Part shown: in pieces, positions 1 to 12,340 of the stretch
How the letters are laid out: every line of letters starts with the position of its first letter
Numbering within the stretch: position 1 is the stretch's first letter
Origin: Octopus sinensis
Lineage: Eukaryota
Length of the DNA: 64,000 nt
Reading direction: 5' to 3'
Assembly: GCF_006345805.1 (NCBI RefSeq)
Contig: NC_043001.1
Span: forward strand, 43,586,001 to 43,650,000
Position numbers and translations under genes: made by a program
The notes under the pieces: model-generated
Databases searched by the model: none
Seen by the model: only the letters and a program-made list of their open reading frames with translations
Told to the model about the DNA's origin: nothing

Positions 1-381
1 TTTCATCAGGACAATGCACGACCCCACACTGCAAAGAAGATCACAGAAGATCGAAGAGCTTGGTTGGGAAAAAATTCCTCATCCACCTTATTCTCCCGAC
101 CTTGCTCCTTCAGACTACCATTTGTTTCATAGTTTACAGAATCATTTGGGTGACATTACTTTTGCAAGCCAGGAGGAGGTCGAAACTGACATTTCAGAGT
201 TCTTTGCTTTGAAAGCAAAAGAGTTTTACATGGATGGGATTAAAAAGCTTGTAAATAGATGGAAGGAAGTCATAGATAATCAGGGAAAGTACATTGATGA
301 TTAAATTTCAATTAAATATAACATTTGATCACTTGTTTTCTTTATGCAAAATTTGGACAGAACTTATGGGATGACCTGATA
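1..381 (+). mobile_element. Tc1/mariner transposon, 3' part and right TIR (truncated by window start)
   Basis: ORF 14-304 has the mariner motifs FHQDNA, HPPYSPDLAPSDYHLF and C-terminal RWKEVIDNQGKY. Ends in the TIR ...gggatgacctga-TA. Near-identical to 25731-26112. Confidence 0.93.
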
Positions 382-423
382 TATTTGCTATGATAATTCA
401 AAGCTAAGTTAGATAGAGACATT

Positions 424-476
<53 letters not shown>

Positions 477-506
477 TGTGTGTGTGTATAATATATATAT
501 ATATAT

Positions 507-790
507 AGTTAAAGTTAATCCAAACAAGAAAACACAGAAAAAAACACAACAACGCGAGGACGTGGAACAATTAAAGAATTATTTGACGCTCAGGAAAGAA
601 GGGAAGGAGGGTTTAACGTTTCGAGCGGAGCTCTTCGTCGGAAACAAAGGAGAAGGAAAGATCCCGAGAAGGGAAGACAGAGGAAAAAAATTTTTTTGCT
701 GGTGGTGCTCAAGAGATCACATGTTATATATTTATATATAATCAAAATAAGAAGTCAAAGAAAGAGTTTAGCGCATCTTTTATGATCAGT
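507..790 (-). mobile_element. Probable Penelope-like element 3' tail / pseudo-LTR fragment
   Basis: Minus strand contains gtttccgacgaagagctccgctcgaaacgttaaac. The same motif type ends the Penelope element at 59640-61632. Confidence 0.45.
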
Positions 791-2750
791 TACAACTGTT
801 GTGGTACCTTGTCAAGTGTTGTATGTTGCTTATACCAGAAGGAAACAATAAGTATAAAATAAGAATATATATACATATTTGTGTGTGTATTTATCATAAC
901 AAAAACTGTATTCCACTAAATTTGTTTGTGTTTGAGTTGGAGGAGAAACATGAGGCAAAAAATGAAGAATTAAAAGTGAAATTTTAAATGGTTAAACAAG
1001 TCAAATTCAGCAAACTAAAGTAAACTGATGATATATAACTGAGATAAGGGTCTGCATAAGGCAATGGGAAACAACCCTTAAATCGCTACCTGAAGATAAG
1101 ATCTTCAGTAGTGTCCAGATAACCAAATAGGTTTATGGGATTAACCACCATTATATTAGCTCTACTTCTGTCTCTTTTAACTTTGAAATCTCCACCAATT
1201 TGAAATATTCATTTGTTTCTTTGGCATACCAACCAAAGAAACAGGTGAAAGTTTATATTGCAATCACATCATGGTGTTAGATATCTACCAAAAAATAGAA
1301 TTTATATTTTCTGCAAATTATACTGCTTCAATAAACATGACATATCTTAGCAAAAAATAGCTTCAAACATGACAATCTTCAACAAAGGATAATGAAATTT
1401 TGAATGGATATGTCTTATTTCTGTAGTAAAAAAGTTAACCTTTCTCTATATCTCCCTCTGTCTCTCTCCCCTCTCACTCTCATTCAATTAGTTATGCCAA
1501 TTTGTACCTCTTTCAACATTCCTCCAGGAACTACAACTATATGGAAACAAAATTCAAAGCAATAGAAGTAACTTGAGAACTATATTCCCAAAGAGTTATC
1601 TTTGTCTTTAGCTAAATTGAATCACAGATGTTTGTGAGATTAAATTTGGAGTCCTGGAGTTTTTGTTTAAAACAGTCCCTTTAAAAATGCTTTAGCATGT
1701 ACTTCCCTCTATTTTTTGGAGGGTCCCTTAATGTTTATTTAAAAAACCCTCAGTTTATATCCCATAGTTAATTTACTGTTAGCCCACTTATTTTCTTATC
1801 TTGAATGTTATCTAAATATTATTAACCTGAAATAACTTCAACTTGTTTTCTATAATTCTCTAGTGGCCAGTTGTTTTTATATAGAGAGACTGATTCTTTT
1901 CTTTTCCAAGTGTTTGTGTCAAATTTTTGTTGGGAAAGGGTGGAATAGTCTTTGGTATATTACCTAGAGTCAACTTCATTTACCCCTTCTCACATTCCTC
2001 CGAGAGAATAGAAAGGCAAATTGATATGACAAATTTTGAAAGTAGATGTATGAAGTTATACCGCCACTGCCGCTGCTGCCACCACCACCGCCACTACCAC
2101 CACCACAATTCAATGTCAATGTTCCATGCAGGCATGGGTTGATAAATATTGAAAAGTATTTAGTCTGGTGTTCTACCATTTTTGTTAACTCACCATGCTG
2201 TTATGAGCCAATAAGAGAGACCCTAAATTAGTGCTCAACCTATTGGAAATAATAGTTGAATCCACCTGAAATCTCAACCCACCATTTAAATTTTTAACTG
2301 TGATATTAAACTCGATGGTCATTCCAGTAATGATGTTAAATATCGACACTCTGCCCCCACCCCCACCCCCCAAAAAGCAAAAAAATTAAATTGGTATTTT
2401 CTGCAAGTTATATTGCCTCAATGAACTTGACATAGCTCAACAAAAAATTATTTCAAACCTGACATTCATCAACAAAAGATAGATCAGTATATAAAACTAC
2501 TTTCTGAAATTAAAGATTATGAAACTTTGAATAGAGATATCTGATTTCTGCAATAAGAGGATTCGAAAAAGTAAAAAATATATTAGATAATGTAAATGTA
2601 GGTATTTTTCAGAAGTCTGTAATATTTACAATTGGAATTTTTTTAGATCAGAGATTAGTTGTATCAGCATTGGCCCAAGGCTAACAAATAACTCATTTCA
2701 CAATATTGAATTTTATCTTATAGTATTTCACATCAACTTGTCCCAATATA

Positions 2751-2968
2751 TAAAGAGGTGCTGGAAAGTTCCTAGCTTTAAGGGTATTGCAAAAGACCTG
2801 GTTGGAGGCCCAACTTTCTGAGTTCTTTTAGAAGGCTTAGAAAAACTGAAGGATCACTGCAATAAGTGTGTGAACCTGAGAGGGGAATATTTTGAATAAA
2901 ATCATAATTGATTGATCCTCCTGTATTTTCTTTTACCCAAAGCCAATCTCTTTTCAGCACCCCCCCAT
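2751..2968 (+). mobile_element. Mariner-derived MITE (~220 bp)
   Basis: Imperfect TIRs (gaggtgctggaaagtt ... cttttcagcacccc). Interior encodes a transposase C-terminus-like peptide (LRKLKDHCNKCVNLRGEYFE*). Second copy at 63371-63591. Confidence 0.75.
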
Positions 2969-3018
2969 ATTTTCTCTGAAATTCAATAATTTTTCTTTTT
3001 ACTTTTAATCTTTTACAG

Positions 3019-3237
3019 GTGATTGTGCAAAACAGAATCTAAGTCCCAACATTGCAGCCAGGATCTCTGAAAATGGTAGTGATATCAACTGTGGAGACAA
3101 GCATGTGATTTTCATTTCAGATGTTCAAGCTGATGGCGTTTTGCTGGAACCTGTTCAAGAACACTGTGGCACCAATCATACATGTGACATAACACAAGTG
3201 TTTGGTGAATCATATATTGAGTACTATTGTGTTAACG
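3019..3237 (+). CDS. Host gene exon A: Cys-containing ectodomain module, divergent SUEL/rhamnose-binding-lectin-like
   Basis: Acceptor ttttacag|, donor |gttagt. 219 nt, phase 1-1, no stop. Encodes DCAKQNLSPNIAARISENGSDINCGDKHVIFISDVQADGVLLEPVQEHCGTNHTCDITQVFGESYIEYYCVN. Cys spacing, VFG and YxxYxC resemble SUEL by eye. Sequons NGS and NHT. Exon is well supported; domain call is tentative. Confidence 0.8.
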
Positions 3238-4002
3238 GTTAGTTGCATATTAACTTCCACTCAAGCATACACACACACACACACATGCATGCATGCACGC
3301 ACACAAGTTTTCATTGATTTACATCATATCTTCATAAATATTTGTTGGTACCAGAGTGAATGGCACCAGTGCTGGTGACACATAAGCACTGCACAGCCAA
3401 GGGATTTTTATGACACCTATTGAGTGGTGGTTTAATAGAATCGTCTGTCTGGACTCCTCTCTTCCTACTTCTCTCCATGGCTATGCATACTTAAGCTAGT
3501 AACCTGCCTCATTCTTGATTCCGAATTCCTTTTGCCAAGTCTGTCCGTAAACGATGTGATCCCAAGATAAGAAATCTTGAACTTTAATTCACCCCGTATC
3601 TCTATTTATTATTATTTATTATGATATCATATTCTGAGCCCCCTAGTCGCCACTCTGTTTACTATTTCAGCCTCGCCTCGTTTTTGCATATTCTGTATAA
3701 TTCATTAGTTATCGTTATAGATATTTAGATCTATCTCCCTTACAGGGTGATCGAATTGGCCGCCGATTCTTCGCGGCGCGCCCGCCCTACCCACCCCTCC
3801 AACACCACCACACCACCCCCTCCACACCACCACACCACCCCCTCAACACCACCACCACCACCCCCTCCAACACCACCACCACCACCCCCTCCAACACCAC
3901 CACCCCCTCCAACACCACCCCACCACCACCACACCACCACCACCAATACCGGATATCTCTATTTTGCTCCAACTATACCGGATGTCGTTTCTCCCACCAC
4001 AT

Positions 4003-4606
4003 TATAGGTGTCTACTCTTTGAACCCCCCTTCAATACGCTATTTCACCATGCATTACCCCTCTCTCGATATCCTACGTTCTACTTGCTAGAACCTGTCCT
4101 CTGAACCACCCATCCCACTGGTGCTCCCCTATATTTCTGCCCCCCCACCACCACCATTATAGGTGTCTACTCTTTGAACCCCCCTCTTCAATACGCTATT
4201 CACCATGCATTACCCCTTTCGATCCTACGTTCTACTTGCCTAGAACTGTCCTCTGAACACCCCTCCACTGGTGCTCCCCTATATTTCTGCACCCCCCCAC
4301 CACCTATAGGTGTCTACTCTTTGAACCCCCCTCTTCAATACGCTATTTCACCATGCATTACCCCTCTCTCGATATCCTACGTTCTACTTGCCTAGAACCG
4401 TCCTCAGAACCACCCTTCCACTGGTGCTCCGCTATATCTGCACCCCCCCACCACCATATAGGTGTCTACTCTTTGAACCCCCCTCTTCAATACGCTATTT
4501 CACCATGCATTACCCCTCTCTCGATTTCCTACGTTCTACTTGCCTAGAACCTGTCCTCTGAACCACCCCTCCACTGGTGCTCCCCTATATTTCTGCACCC
4601 CCCCCC
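4003..4606. repeat. Tandem repeat, four copies of a ~150-bp unit
   Basis: Units start with tataggtgtctactctttgaacccc at 4003, 4158, 4305 and 4457. High identity. Preceded by a C/A-rich (ccaccac)-type tract at ~3790-3945. Confidence 0.95.
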
Positions 4607-4855
4607 ATAAAAAGCACCATCCGAACGTGGCCGATGCCAGACCCCTCTGGCACCTGTGCAGGTGGCACGTAAAAACACCCACTACACTCGCGGAGTGGTT
4701 GGCGTTAGGAAGGGCATCCAGCTGTAGAAACACTGCCAGACTAGACTGGAGCCTGGGGCAGTCCCGAGCTCCCCAGACCCCGGTCGAAACCGTCCAACCC
4801 GTGCTAGCGCGGAAAACGGACGTTAAACGATGATGATGATGATGATGATGATGAT
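4607..4855 (+). mobile_element. 5'-truncated 3' UTR of RTE-type LINE (or dependent SINE) with (GAT)n tail
   Basis: Matches the 3' end of the RTE copy at 21475-22632 (aggaagggcatcc ... gttaaacgatgatgat). Related fragments at about 40270-40510, 46420-46670, 48125-48660(-), 52000-52260(-), 61650-61835(-) and 62490-62700(-). Confidence 0.8.
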
Positions 4856-5182
4856 TAGAGTGTTAGACGAGATGCTTTGCAGCATTTGATCGCAACCCTT
4901 TGTGTCCTGAGTTAAAATCCAACTGAATTCAACATTGTCATTCATCCTTTTTGAGTTGATAAAATGAAGTAGCAGCCAGCTAATCAATCACCTGGGGTAG
5001 CCTAGAATTCTTCAAGCAAAAGACCATGGCTGAGAATCTCAAATAAATATTCTTAGTGCTACTTGCTCTTTAATCCTTTTATTACGCTATTTCTGTTGAA
5101 ATATACTGCCATAATACCTTTGTTTTAATTAATTATTAAAATAATTAAAAAAAATTTACTAAAATTACTGTGTCATTATTAA

Positions 5183-5402
5183 CCCTTTTGTTACTGTATT
5201 TATTTTGAGATGCTCTGTGTTTCTTTCAATTATTTTAAATATAACAAAGAATTTAGTAAAATAACTTAGTTATCATTAAGTTAGTGTTAGGAACATAAAT
5301 TGTGACTAAGGTTTGGTGGAATATTTTAATTCAAAACTTATGAAAACAAGACATTTTACCACAAAGCCAGAGCCAGTTTTGGCCGGGTTAGTAACAAAAG
5401 GG
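5183..5402. mobile_element. piggyBac-like MITE
   Basis: TTAA followed by cccttttgttac ... gtaacaaaaggg TIRs. Right TTAA is degenerate. Confidence 0.6.
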
Positions 5403-5659
5403 TGACACTTAAAATATAAATTAGTATGAAATTTTTAATGGAGGGCTTTTAATATGGATCACTTTAAAAGATGAAGTTTTTATCATAGAACGAAGGTCAG
5501 TCTCATGTAGGTCAGTATCAAATGAATTAAAGGTTGATAATGACATAAACTCCAACAACCTCAGTATTTCTATGAGATGTAGTGACTCAGGTATCATTAG
5601 TCTTGCAAAGACTCTAATGATTCTACAAATCTGAACCAAATCTGATAATAATAATAATG

Positions 5660-5700
<41 letters not shown>

Positions 5701-5724
5701 TGACCAGATAATAATAATAATAAT

Positions 5725-6968
5725 GAACTGACCAAAATAGATAGGAAAACGAGAAAAATAATGACAGAATCTAGGATGCATCACCCAAAATCTGACATAG
5801 AAAGACTATATATACAACGTATAGAAGGTGGTAGAGGCCTTATACAGCTGGAAAACTACTATAAAATAACCACCATAGGACTGCAAAAATATCTACTTCA
5901 GAAGGAAGGAAAACTGATCTAGATAGCGGCAAAACACGAGCAAAACAAAAAACTGTTCTCAGTATTTAAGGAAGCTGACAAATACAAACAAGAAATCATA
6001 CCACCTAATAAACATGAAGAAGAAGAAGAAGATGAAGAAACAACAAAAGCTATAAAACAAATGAAATCCAAACTAAAAATAGAACAGCAACGAACCATGA
6101 TAAAACGATGGCAAGAAAAGCCCCTTCATGGTAAATACTGGACTAAACTAAACGCAAAAGAAATAGACAAAGAAAAATCCCAGCAATGGTTGAGAAGCTC
6201 AGGACTCAAAGCAGAAACAGGGATTTTTAATTGCAGCACAAGACCAAAGCCTCCCCACCAGAAATTACCAAAAACATGTAATGAAAAGAAATATTACAAG
6301 TAACTGCAGAATATGTGGAGATGGACAAGAAACAATAAATCATATTATCTCTAGCTGCCCAGTCCTGGCTAAGAAGGAATATATTCACAGACATGACAGA
6401 GTTGGAACCTACATACATTGGAAGCTATGCCAACATTATGGAATAACAACAGAAAAAAGATGGTATAGGCACACACCAGAAAAGGTCACAGAAAACGAGA
6501 AAGCAACCATACTCTGGGATATGCCGATACACACAGATAGAGAAATTAAGGCCAACAGACCAGATATAGTTGTCAGAGATCACGAAGAAAAAAAATGCTT
6601 TCTAATTGATGTATCAATACCGGCTGATGACAACGTGTCTCTAAAAGAAATGGAGAAACTCTCAAAATACAAAGACCTGGAAATAGAGGTAACTAGAATG
6701 TGGAATCTGAAAACAGAAACAATTCCTATCATAGTAGGTGCATTAGGCATGATAAAAAAATATTCAGACAAATACATAACAAAAACACCAGGACTTAAGA
6801 ATACATATAACATACAGAAAATTGCACTACTAGGCACTGCACACATCCTACGCAGAACACTTTCCATACAATAACCATCAGAGCATCACAACAAATCACA
6901 GCACATACCCAAGGCACACAGAGCTGTGCTCGGTAGTGAAGTGAAAGCACGCTATAAAAATAAAACTA

Positions 6969-6970
<2 letters not shown>
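5725..6970 (+). mobile_element. Dong/R4-clade non-LTR retrotransposon, 5'-truncated and frameshifted
   Basis: RT thumb (RMHHPKSDIERLY), CCHC knuckle CRICGDGQETINHIISSC and restriction-like endonuclease motifs (RHD, NRPDIV, LIDVSIP, KYKDL). Flanked on both sides by (TAA)n. Confidence 0.92.
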
Positions 6971-7017
<47 letters not shown>

Positions 7018-7050
7018 TAATAATAATAATAATAATAATAATGATAATAA

Positions 7051-10000
7051 TCTAACCAAAACATGAAAATAATTGGTAAAATCCGGCTTGCACTTAAGGA
7101 TATAATTTCAGTTAATGATGTTGATATCACAAACCTCAACCACCTATACTATGCATCCGCGAAAATCTCAACGATCCTATGTGGTGTAAAGATTAGAAAA
7201 CGGCAACAGTCCCACAAAAAGCCTTCTTGGCAAGAGCGTCTGCAACAACAAATTAAAATATTTAGATCTGACATTGAATATTTGAAAAACCTTAAGGCTC
7301 ACAAGATTACCAAACCTACAAAAACCCAAAAATTACTGAAAAAATACAATATGAAAACTATACTTGATATTGATGCCACCATAGAAACCATCAAACAAAA
7401 GGTATCTGCCAAAGCTGCCCGCATAGCGAGGTATGAAAAGCGTGTTAGATTTTTCAAGGACAACAACATGTTCAAAAATAACACCAAGAATTTTTACAGG
7501 AAGATAGGAAAAACAGCGTTTACTGCAGGGTCTGTACCATCAAAAGAAGAAGTGCAGAGATTTTGGAATAAAATCTGGGCAGAAGAAAAAAAACACACAA
7601 CGAAAAGGCCCCCTGGATTGACAGAATATCTACAGAACTGGACCCCTAAGAAGAGCAAAAGTGGGAGGGTGTCAAGGTAGAAGATATAAGATCTGCTCTC
7701 AGGAGGTCAAGCAAATGGAAGTCTCCAGGAAAGGATAAAATTCCTAACTTCTGGCTGAATGCCTTCCCAGAGAGCCATGAACTGCTAACAGAACTGTACA
7801 ATGATGTTTTGCAACACCCTAGTAGGATGCCTCCTTGGCTAGTTAATGGGTTAACATTCCTGCTTCCAAAAAGTGAAGAAACAAATGAACCAAAAAACTA
7901 TAGACCCATAACCTGCTTAACAACTATGTACAAAACACTAACATCTGTCCTGACGGAATATACCTATAGTTTTTTAACAGACAGCAGCATATTCCCTAAT
8001 GAACAGAAAGGATGTAAACGTGGATCCTACGGCTGTAAAGACCAACTACTCATCAATAAGATGATCTTAGAAGATTGTCACAAACGACACAAAAACTTAT
8101 CAATAGCCTGGATAGACTATAAAAAGGCTTTTGATAGCCTACCACATAGCTGGATTAGGAAATGCCTTGAAATGTATAAGATAGCACCAACTCTGCAAAA
8201 CTTCTTGACTGTAAGTATGAGATCATGGAGAACCACACTAACTCTGAACAGTGACAGTGAATCCCTAAATGCTGGTGATGTAAAAATTTCGTGTGACATT
8301 TTCCAGGGTGACTCACTGTCACCACTCCTCTTTTGTTTATCCTTAATACCTCTCTCAAAGCTGCTCAATGATGCGCAGTACGGGTATAAAATGTTTGATA
8401 AAAATATAAATCATCTCGTTTACATGGATGATTTAAAGCTTTTTGCAAAAAATGATCAACAACTTAAGGGCTTACTAGCGATAGTCAAACAATTCAGTGA
8501 CGACATCAGAATGCAATTCGGCCTCGATAAATGTGCAAAGGCTACCTTTATCAAAGGAAAAATGACAGAAACATCTAACGTTAACCTTGACCAACAGAAT
8601 GTCATAAAAGAACTAGACCCAGCGGAGAGCTACAAGTACCTAGGGATAATTGAAGGGAACGGAATAAGGCATTCAGAGATGAAGGAAAGGATCAGGAGAG
8701 AATGCTATCGAAGAGTGAGAGCAATACTCAAGACAGAGCTGAATGCAAGAAACAGGATCGAAGCAATCAATGCATTAGCTATACCAGTCGTGACTTACAG
8801 TTTCAATATTGTTAACTGGTCAATTACTGAAATATGTCAGCTCGACAGAAAAATAAGGAAACTGTTGACAATGCATAGAATGCACCACCCTAAGGCAGAT
8901 ACAGAACGACTCTATCTGCCAAGAAAAGAGGGAGGTCGTGGTCTTTTGCAACTGGCAATAACAATGAAGATTGCTACAATTGGCCTAGACACCTACCTGA
9001 AAAACTCTGAGGACTGGATGTTAAAACTTGTCTCAAAACATGAAAACAAGAAAGCATCATACTCAGTCACAAAACAGGCAAAGGAATATCTAAGTGAATT
9101 CCGAATACAACCAATTTCGGAATTAGAGATAGATATACAAGAAACAAGCACAGAAAAAGCTAGGCGCATGAAAACCCGTGCCAAAACTGCGGCCTTAGAT
9201 ATTCTGAATAATAAATGGCAAGAAAAACCTCTCTATGGCAAATACCCAAAGAGAGCGAATAATGCAGATATCGACAAAGCCCTGACCCATCAATGGCTAA
9301 TGGCCTCTGGCTTAAAATCTGAAACAGAGGGGTTTATCATAGCAGCTCAAGATCAATGCCTACCAACAAGAAACTACCAGGCCAACATATTAAAGATCAG
9401 AAGCAGTCCAACGTGTCGTGTATGCAAGCAACAAAATGAAACCATTGACCATGTGGTCTCCAAGTGCAGTCTTCTAGCGCCTACAGAGTATCTCAACAGG
9501 CACGATAGAGCTGCACAATATATTCACTGGGTAATCTGTAAAAACCTGGATTTGCCCCATGAAAAAAACTGGTGGGAACACAAACCACCCCCAGTGCTTG
9601 AAAATGACCACATCTCACTCCTCTGGAACTTCACCATTCAAACTGACAGGAAGATAGATGCAAATAGGCCAGACATCATATTGAAAAACTTCAAACAAAG
9701 AACATGCCTCCTCATTGATATGACTGTCCCAATCGATATAAACGTATCTGTCAAGACCTACCAAAAACTGAGCAAATATAAAGATCTTGAAATAGAAATC
9801 AGCAAAATGTGGAAGCTGAAGACTAAAACAATACCTGTTGTCATAGGTGCCCTGGGAATGATAGCAAAAGGGGCTGATAGCTACCTAACTCAGATACCAG
9901 GAAACCCAAAAATGGCAGAAGTTCAAAAGATAGTGCTCATGGGAACTGCTCATATCCTACGCAAAATACTCTCTATGTAATCTCAAGGTTTAAAACAAAC

Positions 10001-10197
10001 ATAATTTTCGGTTTAAAAAAAAAAAAAAAAAAAAAAACTTTTTTTTTTAGACATTCATTAGTACAACATCCCCACCCCCCAAATATATGGCACACTAGGC
10101 ATAACAACAACATGAACTTCCAACCCTGTTGTCTCTTGAGGTCTCTGGGTGAGACTGGGAGCCAACTTGTACAAATATAAAGCAAAAGTCAAACATA

Positions 10198-10200
<3 letters not shown>
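7051..10200 (+). mobile_element. Dong/R4-clade non-LTR retrotransposon (RT + CCHC + RLE), 5'-truncated, near-intact coding region
   Basis: ORFs 7063-7680 and 7809-9980. RT motifs YRPITCL, WIDYKKAFDS, FQGDSLSPLLF, YMDDLKL, YKYLG. CRVCKQQNETIDHVVSKC and NRPDII/LIDMTVP/KYKDL. Ends in a (TAA)n tail at ~10200. Confidence 0.96.
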
Positions 10201-10266
<66 letters not shown>

Positions 10267-10284
10267 GGGCAGCATGTGGGAGGT

Positions 10285-10496
10285 GGGTATGAGATGATTA
10301 CATCAACTCCAGGGTTCAACTGGTACTTATTTTATTGACCCTGAAAGGACAAAAGGCAAAATCCTGAAAGGACAAAAGGCAAAGGATGAAAGGCGAAGTT
10401 AACCTTGGTGGAATTTGAACTCAGAATGTAAAGATGGATGAAATGCTACTAAGCATTTTTCCTGACATGCTAATGATTCTGCCAGCTCACCACCTT
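10285..10496 (-). mobile_element. tRNA-derived SINE with Nin/Deu-like core
   Basis: Minus strand gagctggcagaatc ... ttctgagttcaaattcc ... ctttcatccttt ... aataagtaccag. Other copies at about 4855-4985, 10600-10800(-), 11250-11445(-), 12470-12680, 23385-23500, 27075-27260, 52505-52690 and 63740-63900(-). Confidence 0.8.
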
Positions 10497-10518
10497 AATA
10501 ATAATAATAATAATAATG

Positions 10519-10588
<70 letters not shown>

Positions 10589-10806
10589 TGCTTCAAATTT
10601 TTACACAAGGCCACAATTTAGGAGAAGAGGGGGTTTAGTTGATTACATTGACCTCAGTGCTCAACCAGTACTTATTTCATTAATCTGAAAATGATGAAAC
10701 ACAATCAGCCTCAGCAGAATTTGAACTCAGAATGTAAAGCCAGAAGAAATGCCATTAAGCTTTTTGTCCGACATGCTAACAATTCTGCCAACTCACTGCT
10801 TTAATG

Positions 10807-10869
<63 letters not shown>

Positions 10870-10870
<1 letters not shown>

Positions 10871-11225
10871 CACTGAGGGAGTGTAAAACTCTGCCAAGGC
10901 AAGACCAACATCCTCTCATCAATTAGCCAGAGATGATTTTTAAAATGAGAATATCTGAAATAAACTTGACTGCTCACACAAACGAGAATACTAAAAATGA
11001 ACCCAACTGCTCTGAAAAATTAAGTAAAAAAACAGGAAAAATAATCCAGAATCCTTGTCTGGTACTGGATCGATCCCAAAATCTAATCAGTTCATGCCAG
11101 TTACGAGCTCAAACATACCTGAAAGTTTCATTCGAATTCATCCAATGGTTCTTGAGATATCTTGTCCACGGACAAACGAACATGACTGAAAACAATACCT
11201 TCACCTTCGCTAATGTGGAGGTAAT
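10870..11225 (+). mobile_element. Non-autonomous Helentron-associated (HINE/DINE-like) element
   Basis: gatcccaaaatctaatcagttc and aagtttcattcgaattcatcc motifs, plus a 3' hairpin-type end accttc...ggaggtaat. Truncated second copy at ~12050-12175. Confidence 0.55.
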
Positions 11226-11624
11226 AATGATTTCAGATTTTTCCACAAGGGCAGAAATTTTGGGGGAGGGGATGAGTCGATTACATCGATCTCCAGTGTT
11301 TCACTGCTACTTAATTTGTCAACCCCAAAAAGGATGAAAAGCAAAGTCGACCTCAGCAGAATTTGAACTCAGAATATAGTGACAGGCAAAATACTGCTAT
11401 GCATTTTGCCTGGTGCACTAATGATTCTGCCAGTGCACCACCTTAACAACAACAACAACAACAACAATAATAATCATGGTTTCAAATTTTGCCACTAGGC
11501 CAGCAGTTTCAGAGAGGGGCCAAAGTCGGTTGGTATTCATTGTTTGTGTTTGCCCTCCACCATTGCTTGATAATTAGTGCTGGCTTGTTTATTATTATTA
11601 TCATAATAATAATAATAATGATGA

Positions 11625-12005
11625 TAATAGGCTGACGATATGTGCATCTCTGATCATGAGCAGAAGTAGTGGGGGAACATCATAGCCATGTGTTGAAAGG
11701 AATTCTTGGAGGTTTGGATAATTCACTTTTGGAAACATGGGTGGTTTGTTCAACATACTTAAACAATCCTTATTTAAGGACCTGTTGAGCAGGATGAGCT
11801 ACTTGACCAGAAGAAAATTCTAACTAGGCTCCTCCTGCAAGGTCATGCACTGTTTATCGTGATATGAGATCACCATGTCACGTACATATGGTTGTGATGG
11901 ATGTGCCTGGTGTACCCTTATCAGACGGGTAGTCATGATGGGTACACTGGGCTTCGTATATTTTACCCCAGTGTCACTTTGATGGCATGTACTGCTCTCT
12001 CACTC

Positions 12006-12007
<2 letters not shown>
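11625..12007 (-). mobile_element. Unclassified interspersed repeat between AAT microsatellites
   Basis: Complex sequence bounded by (aat)n/(gat)n tracts in a repeat cluster. Family not identified. Confidence 0.35.
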
Positions 12008-12049
<42 letters not shown>

Positions 12050-12288
12050 TAACATTCAGAGAGTGCAAACCTCTGCCAAGGCAACACCAGTGTCCTCTCA
12101 TCGATTAGCTAGAGATGATTTTTAAAATGAGAATATCTGAAATAAACTCGACTGCTCTCACAAACGAGAATACTGATAAAATAAGTACCAGACTGAAGAA
12201 AGTAAAAGATAAAAGATATATAGTTAACTATAGATATATAGTTAAAGGTGGTGCTCCAGCATGGCCGCAGTCAGATGACTGAAACAAG

Positions 12289-12340
<52 letters not shown>

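Noticed and set aside
1528-1567. Possible small upstream exon (cctccag|gaactac...atagaa|gtaact)
   Set aside because: Only weak splice-like signals, not a signal peptide, and not supportable without transcripts.
3740-4007. Pro/His/Thr-rich ORF as a mucin- or extensin-like exon of the host gene
   Set aside because: Derived from a C/A-rich simple repeat within a repeat block. No convincing phase-compatible splice sites were found.
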